Shown here: piece by piece, positions 50,439 to 62,700 of the stretch
Numbering within the stretch: the first letter of the stretch is position 1
How the letters are laid out: each line of letters begins with the position of its first letter
Assembly (NCBI RefSeq): GCF_018350175.1
Contig: NC_058368.1
Coordinates: 187,118,001 to 187,182,000, forward strand
Reading direction: 5' to 3'
DNA length: 64,000 nt
Source: Felis catus
Taxonomy: Eukaryota
Position numbers and translations under genes: made by a program
Notes under the pieces: generated by a model
Told to the model about the DNA's origin: nothing
Databases searched by the model: none
The model's input: the letters and a program-made list of their open reading frames with translations, nothing else

Positions 50439-51501
50439 TGTCATAGACTCTGGATCTGGAGTTTTCTCTTGTCCAGCAAGAGAGTGGGATACAGGATTAA
50501 AATGTGAGAGAAGCTAATGTCTGGGAAGAGACAAGAGCCCTGAGTAAGGGTCCTTGCTCCTTGCTCCATTTTTATTAGGATCAGAAGGCTTACAAGCATG
50601 ATGGGTATGCACAAAGAGACAATGAAACCGTGAACATTAACTCATGTGCTTGGGGGAAAAGGGATTTCGGAGACATGCAGTGTTAGGGGTTTGAGTCAAT
50701 ACAAAATAAAATTGTGGTGCTGGATGGAAGGTTGTTTACAGAAAACTTGAGGCCCCACCTCTGTTTACCTGAACAGGTCTAGGAGAGGAGAAAGAGCAAG
50801 CTACCATAGGGTCAACAAGGCACCTTTCTTTTGCTAATTAGCTCTGCTCTGGGCAACTTTGCCTTGCTGCAGTCTACAGCCCTGTTTACCTGTTTACCTA
50901 TTTTGGTCCTTCCTTCCTATGAAACCAGCTTTCTGCTATTGTACTAAGTTGGGGGAGGCATTTCCGTCCTGAAAATCTAATCTTGTTTGCCTCATTTTTG
51001 ATGTTTTCATCCTGAGGCTTTTCTATGCCTATACCTTTGTCCTATACTTGGGGCCTTTGCCCTATTTACTTAATCTTGTTTACCCAAACTTAGGTGTGTT
51101 CATCTGTGGCTAATTCTTTTTTTCTTTTCCTTTTTTTTTTTTTTATTTACATCAAAACAGTTAGAGTGCAACAATGATTTCAGGAGTAGATTCCTTACTG
51201 CCCCTTACCCATTTAGCCCATCCCCCCTCCCACAACCCCTCCAGTAACCCTCTGTTTGTTCTCCATATTTAAGAATCTCTTATGTTTTGTCTCTCCCCTC
51301 CCCCACCGTTTTAATATTATTTTTGCTTCCCTTCCCTTATGTTCATCTGTTTTGTATCTTAAAGTCCTCATATGAGTGAAGCCATTTGATATTTGTCTTT
51401 CTCTGACTAATTTCGTTTAGCATAATACCCTCTAGTTCCATCCACATAGTTGCAAATGGCAAGATTTCATTCTTTTTGATTGCCAAGTAATACTCCTTTG
51501 T

Positions 51502-51550
<49 letters not shown>

Positions 51551-51764
51551 CACACATCTTCTTTATCCATTCATCCATCAGTGGACATGTGGGCTCTTTC
51601 CATACTGTGGCTACTATTGATAGGGTTGCTATAAACATTGGGGTGCATGTGCCCCTTCGAAACACCATACCTGTATCCCTTGGATAAATCATCTGTGCCT
51701 AATTCTTTATGCCTTGTTAAACCTTCTGTGCAAGTTCAGGGAATTCCTAAGCTTATTCTCCACA
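50439..51764 (-). mobile_element. Solo LTR (~740 bp net), ERVK/betaretrovirus-like, inserted in a MIR and split by an L1
   Basis: TG...CA termini; perfect 6-bp TSD GAGGGT at 50433-50438 and 51765-51770; minus-strand start TGTGGAGAATAAG; minus-strand AATAAA at 50571-50576. Confidence 0.8.
51120..51688 (-). mobile_element. 5'-truncated carnivore/feline L1 3' end nested in the LTR; contains (TG)n at ~51499-51547
   Basis: KNEILPFATMWMELEGIMLNEISQ (ORF2 end); poly-T; 20-bp TSD TCATCTGTG(G/C)CTAATTCTTT at 51100-51119 and 51689-51708. Confidence 0.93.
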
Positions 51765-51994
51765 GAGGGTGATGGAGCTGAGGCTTGAACACAAGCAACT
51801 GCATCTGGAAACTGCATGCTTAACTGCTGATCATACCATCTCCCACATGACTGCAGACTTATTTGGTTTTCAATCCCTAGTCTAATACTGAAGGGATGTG
51901 GGGCTTTGCATGCAGGTGAGTCTGGATTAGAATCCTGACTCCACACTTATTAGCTGTGTGACCGGGGACTCCTGAGCCTGTTTCCTTATCTGGA

Positions 51995-52098
51995 AAATGT
52001 CAGCACTACACATGGTTACATGATAAAAGAAATGTCAGCCCTATGCATGCTCACATGGTAAGAGAAATGTCAGCACTATGGGCATGCTCACATGGTAA
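51995..52098 (+). repeat. 35-bp minisatellite, three copies, inside a MIR
   Basis: AAATGTCAGC(A/C)CTA...CATG..(C/T)ACATG at 51995, 52030, 52065. Confidence 0.88.
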
Positions 52099-52453
52099 TG
52101 CATGAAAACCCCTGACACAGAACCTGGCACATAGCAGGAACTCACGTTCACTCATTGGCCTTATTTATAGAACATTCTCAATGTACCACCCCTGTGGACA
52201 GCACAGGCAAAAGTGATGAGCGAAAGCAGTCCAGAGTGGTTCATGTTCTTATCACACATGTAAATGGGACTAAACAGGTGCTGAGAAGGACAAGGGTACA
52301 TGCTATTGGGAAACTGTATAGAGAGTCTTTGACCAAGACAAACAGTATCTCTGAGAAGGTGATCAATACCTGTAACTCTCATCCTTTATAGGTGTGGCTA
52401 TTTGACCCCATCTATTTGTCTCTATGCATTAGCATAGGTATAGAACATTTGAT

Positions 52454-52454
<1 letters not shown>

Positions 52455-52484
<30 letters not shown>
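52455..52484. repeat. Poly-T homopolymer (~30 nt)
   Basis: Directly visible. Confidence 0.95.
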
Positions 52485-52488
<4 letters not shown>

Positions 52489-52764
52489 GGACTTTGAGCA
52501 TCTGAACTCAGAAGCCATCACAGAATGGTAGGTGGGGTCAGGAACTGCTGTCAGAAATCTTATCTCTGCTCTCTTCGAAAACTTCAAGGGCCACCACTGA
52601 AGAAACCTCAGCGTTAACCTCCTCTAGCAGAACCTCTAACATACAAGAGGTGCTCAGTGAATATTAGAGAGTAAAGAACAAATACAAAGCCTAGGGGGAA
52701 ATTTCAAGATTTATTTAATATCTCACATTATCCAGAGCTGTTTTTCTTTATCATTAAAGTAGAG

Positions 52765-52925
52765 CTTACTTGTCAGACTACCAGTTCTAAATTCCACCAC
52801 TTATAAGCCATGTGACCTTGAGCAAGTAAGTTTCTATGCCTCACTTTACTCCTCTGAAAAATGGTTTAGGTGAAGGTTAAAGGAGAGAACACGTAAAGCA
52901 CTTAGCACATTCCCTGGCACGGGGT
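52765..52925 (+). mobile_element. MIR
   Basis: CCACTTATAAGCCATGTGACCTTGAGCAAGT...GTAAAGCACTTAGCACA..CCTGGCAC. Confidence 0.75.
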
Positions 52926-53613
52926 AATCCTCACGCCAGTATGAATTGAGTTGGTGGTTCGTGGCAGGTGATAGGGTGGTTGTTTAATCTACATAGCACA
53001 ACAAAAATGGGCAGTAATAGACTTTTCCTTTTACATGAAATGAGAACTAAATTTCAGAGGTTTAATATTACACAGCTAGTCCAAGTCAGGTCAGCAGGAT
53101 CCAAACCCTCTAGGCCTGATCAACTAACAGAAGCTGTTAAAGAAACCTGCTAAAGGGAAAACTTTAAACAAAAAGGCTGCCTAGGAAGCATGTGCAAGAG
53201 CATGAGGTCAACTGGAAGTCCCTCTTTATAAGCAGTGAGTGTACCTTATGTTGATCCCCAAATGTTTCTCCCCTTCTTCATTTTTCTAGAATGGGATAGA
53301 AGATGCAGAATTGTGGAACTGGAAGCTATTTCCTCCCATGAACTCAGGAGGAGAAGGATGAAAAGCCAGATAAAGGCACACCCTTCTTCTCCTGGGATCC
53401 TGCCACAGCAGTTGCTGCAAGTCTGAAACAAAGTTGCCGCCTAATGTGCACACTCAGCATTCAGGAGGCTGCACTGGGGGCAAGGAGATGTGCAGCCATT
53501 AGCAAACAATGCTAGACAGAAAGAAAGGGGAAAAGATTCAAGCACCTTGAATAGTAGGCTGCAGGCTCTGTGAATTCAGTGCTCCTTGACCTATGTTTCT
53601 AAATTATCTAGGC

Positions 53614-53820
53614 CAGAGTTTCTCAACCTCAGCACTTTGTGCACTGAATAATTCTTTGTTGTGAGGATTGTTCTTTGCATTCATTGTAAGTGTTTAGCAA
53701 CATCCTTGGCCTCTTCCATTTATATATCAGTAGAACTCCCCAGTTGGGACAATCAAAAGTGTCTCTAGATATTGCCAAGTATCTTCTGGGGTCTAAGATT
53801 GCCCCCATGACTTGAAACAG
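53614..53820 (-). mobile_element. MER20
   Basis: CAGAGTTTCTCAACCTCAGCACT...ATAATTCTTTGTTGTG...TGTTTAGCAACATCCTTGGCCTCT...AGATATTGCCAA. Confidence 0.82.
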
Positions 53821-56800
53821 TCCACGGATGGGGGTTAAGCATGTTCCTGGCATTCATTTCATTTCATTGGCAGAGCCTAGAGTCCATGGCCTGACATTAC
53901 CTGAGGAAAAGACCCTGCACTGCTAGGCTAGATATTTTTGTTCAGTCTTTGCAAACTGAGGCAAATCAGGAAGCCCGGAGCTCCTCCCCTTGTTTGGTGT
54001 GGAAGGAACCAGTCATGAGGTGTTCATCTTCCATAGCTTATTTTAGTCTTTCTAAGGTCTGCCTATATTTTTAGGAAATAGTTTCTCAGTACTTGATATG
54101 AAGTAGTATAAACCATGTCCAGAGAGGTGAGCTTAAGGAAAATGTTGTTGCAAAAATCTTTTCTGTGCCATGTCAGAAAGACAGCTGTAAATCGATGGGG
54201 ACTCTGACAAGCTGGCAAATGTTCATCTTGACCATTATGCTTGGCCAACAAATATTTCCTGAGCAGATCTTCTGTGTTAGGCATTGTGCTAGATGAGGTG
54301 GAAGGTGCTAAGATGAAGATATTGATTCCAACTTCAAAGCTTCCAATCTATTTGGGAAAACATGTGGGCTATGTATCTTCTAAGTTCAAGACCTGAAATT
54401 GGAATCCAGAAATGGACTCTGATTAACTGGTGAACTTGGGGTATATATTACCAGGAGGCAGCGTAGGTGGTTGGTCTCTTCCTAGACATTGATTTGCTTT
54501 AGACCTTCTACCTTCCTTGCCTGGGTACCTGTAAGGGGTGTGAGTTCATAAGAGCAAGATAGTTTGTTTATGCATTCATTCAACACATATTTACTGAGCA
54601 CTCCTATGTTCACAACTGTGCTACTCAAAATGTGAGATGGTGATCAAAGCATATTTAGTTCATTCCCTCATGGAGTTTATCATCTAATGGAGAAGACAGA
54701 CCTTAAGCAGAAATGTCAAAAGTAATGCTAATGCTAATTGTTGTTAGTAATAAGAACTACAAAGGAAAAAAAATCAGGCATCCCCCAGTCTCTCAGCCTG
54801 GCTGCAGTTGGGGTGCTACAAGCAGAGACCAATGGAGCTGTTAATATGAGGGTTTTGTGAGATACGATCAAAAGCAGAGAGATGCAGGATCAATGGGACA
54901 AAGTGAAAGGTCAGGTTGCAGAGAGGGGCAGTATCTACATTTCTACAGGGGACAAAGCACCATTTCAATTCCGAGTGCGGTTTGTGACCAGAATATGGGG
55001 TGGTGGGCAAATACATCACCAGTAGATTCCTGGGCTACAGAAATCAAGGAGGAGGCCAAAGTTGAGCCAATTCATGTGAAAGTCCTAGCCGTAACTGTAG
55101 TACATTCTGCAGTGTGACCAAGATTTTGTAGCATGAAATTGGAACCAAAAGTCAGCAAACTCTGCATTACAAACCTATTTAGTAAGAGGTAAAAGAAAGG
55201 TTCAGGCTGTGAAGAGTCCTGCAAGGGCTCTAGATGACAGGAAAGCTGCAAAGCTTCTTAGAAGAGGCAGGTCTTTACCTAAGCCTTGAAATATGGATGT
55301 TTCGAATTTGCTTCCTAAGCTGATGTCTCTTCCCCAAATGATGATTAGGAAATCCTTCTTGCTCAGTCTGAACAAATACTGATAATCAAAGGAAAATGGC
55401 CTATCTCTGCTGAATTCAGTGGAAGAAGAAAAAAGAGCAATTGTGTTAGGAGCCAACTCAAACACATAAAGACTACATAAAGACTAAAGCAAGATCCAAG
55501 ATTCTCCTCTGTCAGGAATATACTGCCTATAACTTATCAATCCACAAATATTTATACAACATGTACTTGGTATGAACCAAATAGTAATAACTCTAGCTCA
55601 CAGGGCTACCATTGGCTAATGGTAACAGACCAAATTCCAGCTCTACTGTGTGATCACTGTGTGGTAGAGAAAAAGTTTCCTAACCTCTCTACTTTTCAAT
55701 TTTCTATCTATGAAATAGGAATAATTATATCTATGTTCAAAAGCATGGCTGACACATAGCAAATGCTATGCAACTGTTATCTATTATAATTTTTATTATC
55801 AACCCTATTATAGGAAAGACTGTATTACAGAACTTCATTTAATACTTATAGGAGAGAAATTTTATTATCATTATTTATTTCCAAGGTACAGAAACTGAGG
55901 TCTAGAAAGATTAAGCAACTAAGTCACTCAGCTACTAATTTTCAGAGCTAGGATTTAAACCCTGGGTGTTAGACTCCAAGTTCTTTTTTTTTTTTTACTA
56001 CTACCCTACAATAATAGGATTATAAGAAATAAATATATATGAACTACCAACCCAGATTTTTGACACTCCATAAATGACAGATGTTGGCATTTTGATCATT
56101 ATCAATGCCATACAATTTCCTTCTTAAATGAGATAATGAATATACAACATTTGGTTTGATAACTGACACATTGTTAGTGCTTCAATTCAAAAGTCTATTA
56201 TAATTGGCAAGGAATGAGGTTTAAATTTCTAATCAGAACATTTTGCATCCTGAACAGATGAGCATTATAGGTGAACTCATCACTTGTAAGGAGGAAGGAA
56301 AATTATTTTCTTCCAGACCCTGAAAAGCTAAGAAGTCCAAATCTTAAGTTGCATAAAGCTGTGCACTCCAGAAATTTCTGGGGCTTCTGCCCCATTTGGC
56401 CATTCTTCCCCTGAAGTTATGTGTTTTTCCAGAAGCACCAGACAGCTAGCGCTCATGAATGGCTTAATTCAAGCAGTAATTGGGCACCTGAATCCAGTCA
56501 TCCATTGATTTTTAGCACATACTGAAAGTTGTGTTCAGAATTAGAAAAAACCCTTCATCCTTTAAATAAGCACTTTTTATAGCAATGTCAGCAAAGCAAA
56601 CATCAGCATTAATTAACAGTGACTTCAGAATGTATAATGTTTTCCATTAGATCTGAAGGGGGCTAGGGGGACAAGGATAAAGGACAACACATCACCACGT
56701 GTCTGGGGAGAAAAACAACTAAATTCAGAATGCAGAAGTAGACTCCTATTTGTTCAAAAATAGAAGGGAAGTGATTAGAAACCTCAAATTGCTAATGGTG

Positions 56801-57061
56801 GAGACAGTTAAACCAGATGACCAATCTTCTAGAGCAATACACTATGCCCAGTCAGTGCACAGCTATGTTGCTGAGGGCACAGTAAAGGGTGTAAGCCTCT
56901 CAGCCTTAAGGAGAGACATGTTCTGAGCATGAGGACTTTTTTCATTCACTTGATGTACCTTTTTTAAATACAAATCTGAAAAAAAATCCATTCTTGTTAC
57001 TATTAACATTTTTTCATGGATCTTTGTTTCTTTAATAATGAAACAGTCATTTGCTTGCCCC

Positions 57062-57427
57062 CTGCAACAGTTTCCTAGGGCTGTTCTAACGAATCACTAC
57101 ATCTGGAGAATTTAAACAAAAGAAATGTATTCTCTCACAGTCTGGAGGCTTGTAATCTGAAATAGAGATGTGGAAAGGGCCATGCTCTCTCTGAATGTTC
57201 TCAAGGAGTATCCTTCTTTGCTTGTCCCTAGCTTCTGGTGAGGACCAGCAATCCTTGACACAGCTGACCTTGCAGAAAATTCACTCCTATCTCTGCCTCC
57301 GTCTTGACATGGCAGTATGACCTCACCTTAACCAGCTACATCTACAAAGACATATTTCCAAATAAGGTTACCTTCTGAGGTTTCAGGTGGACCTTAATTG
57401 TAGGGGGACACCTTTCAACCCAATGCA
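57062..57427 (-). mobile_element. MaLR solo LTR, MLT1C-like, internally deleted
   Basis: AGTTTCCTAGGGCTG...AGAAATGTATTCTCTCACAGTCTGGAGGC...TATTTCCAAATAAGGT...TTCAACCCA. Confidence 0.8.
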
Positions 57428-57469
57428 TCTCCCTTTCGATTCCCCCAACCTCACCAGCTAAACTCTAGA

Positions 57470-57885
57470 CACATTGGTGTCCCCTCAGTTGTCTGGATCT
57501 GTCAAACTCTTTCCCACCTCTGCCCTTTGAACTTCCAAGTCCTCTTCCTGGAATGCTCCCCTGGCTGCCATCTCTTGGCCTTGCTGGCTCCTTCTCACCC
57601 GTCAAGTCTTGGTTAAAATAACACCATCTCAAAGAATCCTCCTTTGCACATCGTACCTAAGCTTCTCTACCACATTATCACTTCCTAGTCTCCACACTTT
57701 TTTCTTTTCTGTTATTTAGCACCATGTCAATGCTTCTCTTGTTTGTATGTGGATTTTCCTAGCTTTCTCACTAAAATGTAAATTTGTCCACCAGGAGTTC
57801 CACAACTGGTTTGTTCTCCCATAGTTTGTTCCTCTAGCACCAATTAAGTCCCTTGTCACCAATCAATTATACTAAATGAATAATT
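57470..57885 (+). mobile_element. L2 3' region relic
   Basis: TTCCCACCTC..CCTTTG...CCTCTTCCTGGAATGCTC...TCCTTCTCA; ends in an AATGAATAA-type tail. Confidence 0.6.
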
Positions 57886-59037
57886 GTTTATTTAAAAAAA
57901 TGTTAGTATCTATTATATGCAAGGTCAAGGGCTAGGCATGTGGAGGACATGAAGTATACGAAATATAATTCCTGTGTTCAAAGAACTTAGGCTGGAGGTG
58001 AGATCAGAGGTAAACACAAATAATTCTAAAATAGGTGTTAAGTTCAAGCAGAAGGGGACTGAAAAATTGCTGCAGGAAGAACTCAGAGTAAACAATCTGT
58101 TAAAGCTGGAAGTCTTGGGGAGCAGAGGGACACAGGTGGGGAGGGGCTTGGGAAGTTGCTTTCAGAGCAAAAAGGAGCTGGTATTGATGCAAAAAGTGAA
58201 AGTGATTCAGGGTGCACACAACTGTGGGTAATCTCCAGGGCATTAGGCACATCTGTAAGCTGGACTCAGTGGAGCCAGGTGGAGTGGATGCCTGAACCCA
58301 GCTGCTGCAACAAGCGAAGTGTTCAAGAGGAAGGTGCTGCAGATGATGCCTTTCTCAGCCAGGGGTTCCTGTGCTCTGGTTCCTGGGCCCCCAGAGGCCT
58401 GAGAGCCCTGTGTGTTCAGTGACTTTTGAAATATCTCAGAGACTCAGGGAGAGCTTTCACTGCCTACCCTTGGATGGCCCTAGCAGCTGGGCAGGTTCTG
58501 CCTCCCTCTCTCCACCTCCCACCCTAAGAGGATCCTTTAAGGTTCAGGTTAAACTAAATCCTGCTGCTCTTGGAGCAAATGGCACTCAACCTTTTACTCC
58601 AAGAAACCTTTTACTCCAGCTGGCTCAGAAAAGCTGCCTTTTCTGCCTTTATTCCTTCTGGACTCCTTTCTGGTCCTCCAGGTGCAGTGGGGGTGATACC
58701 TGGGTGAAGCGTTCACTGTCAAGATTTTCACTTCCTGTAAAAGTCTACAGTCTATGATATGTCAGAGGAGAAGGGAGTCACTTGTCACGCAGTAAATATA
58801 AGATGTAATTTTCTCTGAAATTTGCTGGTTAGCATCCGATGTCCTTTAAGAGGAAGGAGATCTTTGGGAAGGGCACATGTAAATGAGAAGCAAGGCAACA
58901 CCACTCAGGGACCCTGAGGATGTAGACAGTGGGCTTTATCATGAATACATTTGTGAAAAAATTCATTTAGGAAGTACTGTTTTTGGAGGCTGAAAGAGCT
59001 AAGACATTTAAGTGTTTAGCATGGTGGTTGCCACATT

Positions 59038-59214
59038 GTTACTGGTAGCTACTATTGTTCCTACTATTGTTAATATTTTCATATTGCTTGTGGAAGCGGA
59101 AGTCTCCATGGTAAACAACTAGTTACTGGTAGCTATTGTTCCTACTATTGTTCCTACTATTTTTCCTACTATTATTAATATTTTCATATTGCTTGTGGAA
59201 GCAGAAATCTCCAT
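59038..59214 (+). repeat. Tandem duplication with an internal 12-bp unit
   Basis: GTTACTGGTAGCTA...AATATTTTCATATTGCTTGTGGAAGC.GAA.TCTCCAT at 59038 and 59122. Confidence 0.92.
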
Positions 59215-59584
59215 AGCACCTAGAACAAGTCTGGGCCCTCCTTAAGCACTTGCTGCTGTACTGGGTGAGGGAGCTTGGAGAGGGAGTGAGGATGGAAAGG
59301 AGATGCCACATGGCTGAAGGTGGCCAGAGGAGAGGCCACAGAGAAAGGAGCAAGAGGAAAAAAAAAAAAAAGGAAGAAATATAGCTGCCATGGAAAGTGG
59401 AATGTGAACACTGAATTTTTTTTAAGTTTACTTATTTTGAGTACTATGCATTGATTGACAAAGTTTCTAGGTGGGCTTGGTACAGTACCAGATGTGGTGA
59501 CATTAAACACTAGCCTCAATGTAGGCTCTGTGCTAAAGAGGCTGAGTGACCCTCAGTCACACTTATGGTACAGATGAATATTAT

Positions 59585-60023
59585 GTCCATTTCCTAGGGC
59601 TACAATAACAAATTACCAGCAATTTAGTAACTTAAAACAACAGAAATGTATTCCTTCATGTTTTAGAAAGTCAGAAGTCCAAAATTCCACAGAGCCATAC
59701 TACCTCTGGGGACTCAATGGGGAGAATTTATTTTTTCCTTCTTCCGGTTCCTCATGGCTCTTACCATTCCTTGACTTGTGGCTTCATCGCTCCAATCTCT
59801 GTCTCTGTAGTCACATTGCTTTCTCCTCTTTCTACAAATCTCCCTCTGCCTTTCTCTTATAAGCAACTTATCATTGGATTTGGGACCCACCTGAATAACC
59901 CAGGAGGATCTCATCTCAAGATCAACTTCAAAGACATTTTTTTTTCTAAATAATGAAACATTCACAAATGCATGGAATTGAAACATGGGTATATATTTTG
60001 GGGGCACTATTCAACCCACTACC
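59585..60023 (-). mobile_element. MaLR solo LTR, MLT1C/D-like, inserted in a MIR
   Basis: TTTCCTAGGGCT..AATAACAAATTACCA...CTTAAAACAACAGAAAT...TTGGGGGCACTATTCAACCCACTAC. Confidence 0.85.
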
Positions 60024-60544
60024 AGTATGCTAGAACTCAGAGGTTAAATAACTCACCCAAGGTCTCAGTGCCAGCAAACAAAGGAGCTAGAAGAAATCTC
60101 AGTATAGAAATGTGAGGAGCAGTGAGGGAAATAACTTAAGACAGTATGATAGTTACTAAACAGATTCAGGGCTTCTCTCTTCACCAGTTCTCAATGGTTT
60201 TACCCAAAGATAAGAGTGATATGGGCATTTCCTGCAACGTTTAGAAGATATCTTTAAGTAACTGGAAAGCTTTAAGGGAGTTTTGTTGCGTTTTTTTTTG
60301 TTTGTTTTGTTTTTGCTATTGAGATATCCAGTCTGAGACTCAATTCAAGGAATCTATTTTTTCTAATGAGGATTTTAAAAGATAGTTTATAAGAAGATAA
60401 AGAAATGGAATGGCTAGTGCACCATATCAGTGTTCAAATGGAAAAGGGAATGATTTCACATGGCCTCCATCCTTACAATCAATGAAAAACATTCATCTGT
60501 TCATACTGTTCTTTGTTCATACAGTTACTGAATAAACATACAGT

Positions 60545-61540
60545 TCAACTGTTCATACAGTTCAACAAATTGAATACCTACCTTGTGCCAGGGAGTGTGC
60601 TTGGCTGGGGAGACCATAATGAGCAAGATGAATGTATTTCTTATCTTTGTGTAATATACTATAATATGGGAAAGACAGACAACAATAATAATAATAAAAC
60701 AAGAGAGAGCTATTTTGAAATTTGAAAACTGCTATGAATAAGATAGAATGCTGTGAGGGAGTCTATTATTGATTATTCTACTTTAGGTAGAAGAATTAGA
60801 CAAGGTCTCCAAAATTTAAGTGAAATGCTCTAAAGGAGCTAGTGAGCTTGTCATGTTTTTAGAACAGTTAGAAGGCCAATATGGCCAGAACTTAGAGCTG
60901 GATGTCAAGGTAAATGGCATAAGATTGTAGAGGTGGGCAGGTGCCACTTTTCATCTTGCAATCCAGAGGCGGAAAGTACAAAGGATTGAAGTGTTTGTTA
61001 TAAGTATGTGTGTTGGGAGAGGAGAGACTAATTTGCATTTTTAAAAATCTGTGGAGCAGATATTATAGGAGGGCAATAGACCTGTTAGGAGTCTATAGTA
61101 CTGGCCTGAGCAGCAGATGGTGGAAGCTGGACTTGGGTAGTGACTGTACATATGGAAATGTGAGGACAGATCTGAGGTACCGTTAGGAAGTAGATCCTAT
61201 AAGACTGGATTGATGTACTAAATGTTGGACAGGAACAAAAAAGGCAAGTGAGGAGCAAATGGATGGATGGTGGTGCATTTACAGAGATGATGGAGAATAA
61301 GGAAGGAACAATTCTGGGGAGGACAAGTAGAACCAGATCATGAAGAGATCTTGTAGTGCCATGTTAAGTAAGATAAGCCTATGAAACACCAAAGTGGAGA
61401 TGTCAAATCAGGTATCGAATATATGAGTTTAGAGCTCAAGACCATGGTCTAACCTGGAGATATAATTAAAGAATCACCAGCCTATAGATGATATTTAAGA
61501 AAGCCATGGGAATGGACAAAGTCACCAAGGGAGAGTAGGA
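60545..61540 (-). mobile_element. L2 relic (~1 kb)
   Basis: TTCAACAAATTGAATACCTACCTTGTGCCAGG tail; CTGGAGATATAA...AAAGCCATGGGAATGGA...CACCAAGGGAGAG L2 core. Confidence 0.7.
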
Positions 61541-62299
61541 TCAGATACTCTTTCAGGAAATGGACTTACATCTCATTCTGCCCTGATTCAAGCCTGAGTT
61601 CTCATCACTTTTGTGCTTTATCCTACGTTAATACCCATGGCCTGAATTACTGCCTCAAGTTAGTTGTTCATTTATTTGTTTTTTATTTTGTTGTCATATC
61701 CTTCCCACTCAAACAGAAGCTCCTTGAGGATTAGGCCCTCATCTGTCTGATCTTCCTGCATCCCCAGGCCTAGAAGACACTCACTCAATAAAAATTGGTT
61801 TAATGACTACAGGTAGCATTATAACTTTTGATTACATGTCAACTTCTGTGCTTAAATCTTCACACTTATATCAGTACGTCCTCCTCAAAAACCCTTAGAA
61901 GGGGGTGGTTATCATTTTCTCAACAATCATATAGCTTGCTGCTAATAAAGCCAGAAATAAAAGCCAGGCCTTCCTGATATCTAAGCTCTTGTTCTTTACT
62001 TACAACTCTGCTCTGCAGTACTTCGAGAATGGGTGAAATTTATGACAAAATAAGATAGTGGAATTTTTTTTCAGTTTTGAACTCCTTTCCACCTAGCTGA
62101 AGATACAGTCAAGATCATGTCATTCACTCATTAAAAAAAAAATGTCTTGAGCATCTCCTCTGCTCAACACTCTGGGGTGATAAGGATTCCCAGACAAAGG
62201 AGCTCAAAAGTAGTGTTCAGATCTCTCTTTTTCATTTACCATTTCAACAAATAAGTAATGAGTACCTACTATGGGCCAGTCATTATTTTAGTGTCTGGT

Positions 62300-62700
62300 C
62301 CAACTAGTCTGTCTGTCTTCCAAATTGCTGTGACTACCTACCCCTCAATGCCTGCCTCTTCACCTCCCCACCACCTGTCTTTCTTGGTTCTACTTTTCTA
62401 TTGCAAAAATGGCTCATTCCATGTAGCAAAAGATATGGAGCAAAAGATAGCTCCAAGATTACACCATCCAAGCAGTAATGACAAATCAAAGGGCTTCTAT
62501 CTCTTCCTTAGTACTAAAGTGTAAACCTCAGAAAACATTTTGTTGGTGCAGGTTTGGGTCATGTGACCTCTCTTGAACCAATCATTGTAGCCAGAGGAAC
62601 ACACTCAGAAATGGCAGGACTCCCTTTGTGGTCAACAGCCCCATTAGAATCACATGGTGGGAGCAACAGGGAAGCAGTTTCCCAAAGAAAGGAGTTAACG
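62300..62700 (-). mobile_element. Ancient MaLR LTR (MLT1J-like)
   Basis: TTGGGTCATGTGACC..TCTTGAACCAATCATTGTAGCCAGAGGAA...TTTCCCAAAGAAA. Confidence 0.6.

Noticed and set aside
57974..58757. Three overlapping ORFs (85-128 aa) in slightly GC-richer sequence
   Set aside because: Non-ATG starts, no recognisable domain and no convincing splice structure; likely chance
51995..59214. CRISPR-like or other prokaryotic repeat-spacer arrays
   Set aside because: The repeats are adjacent tandem duplications without unique regular spacers, there are no cas genes, and the DNA is mammalian
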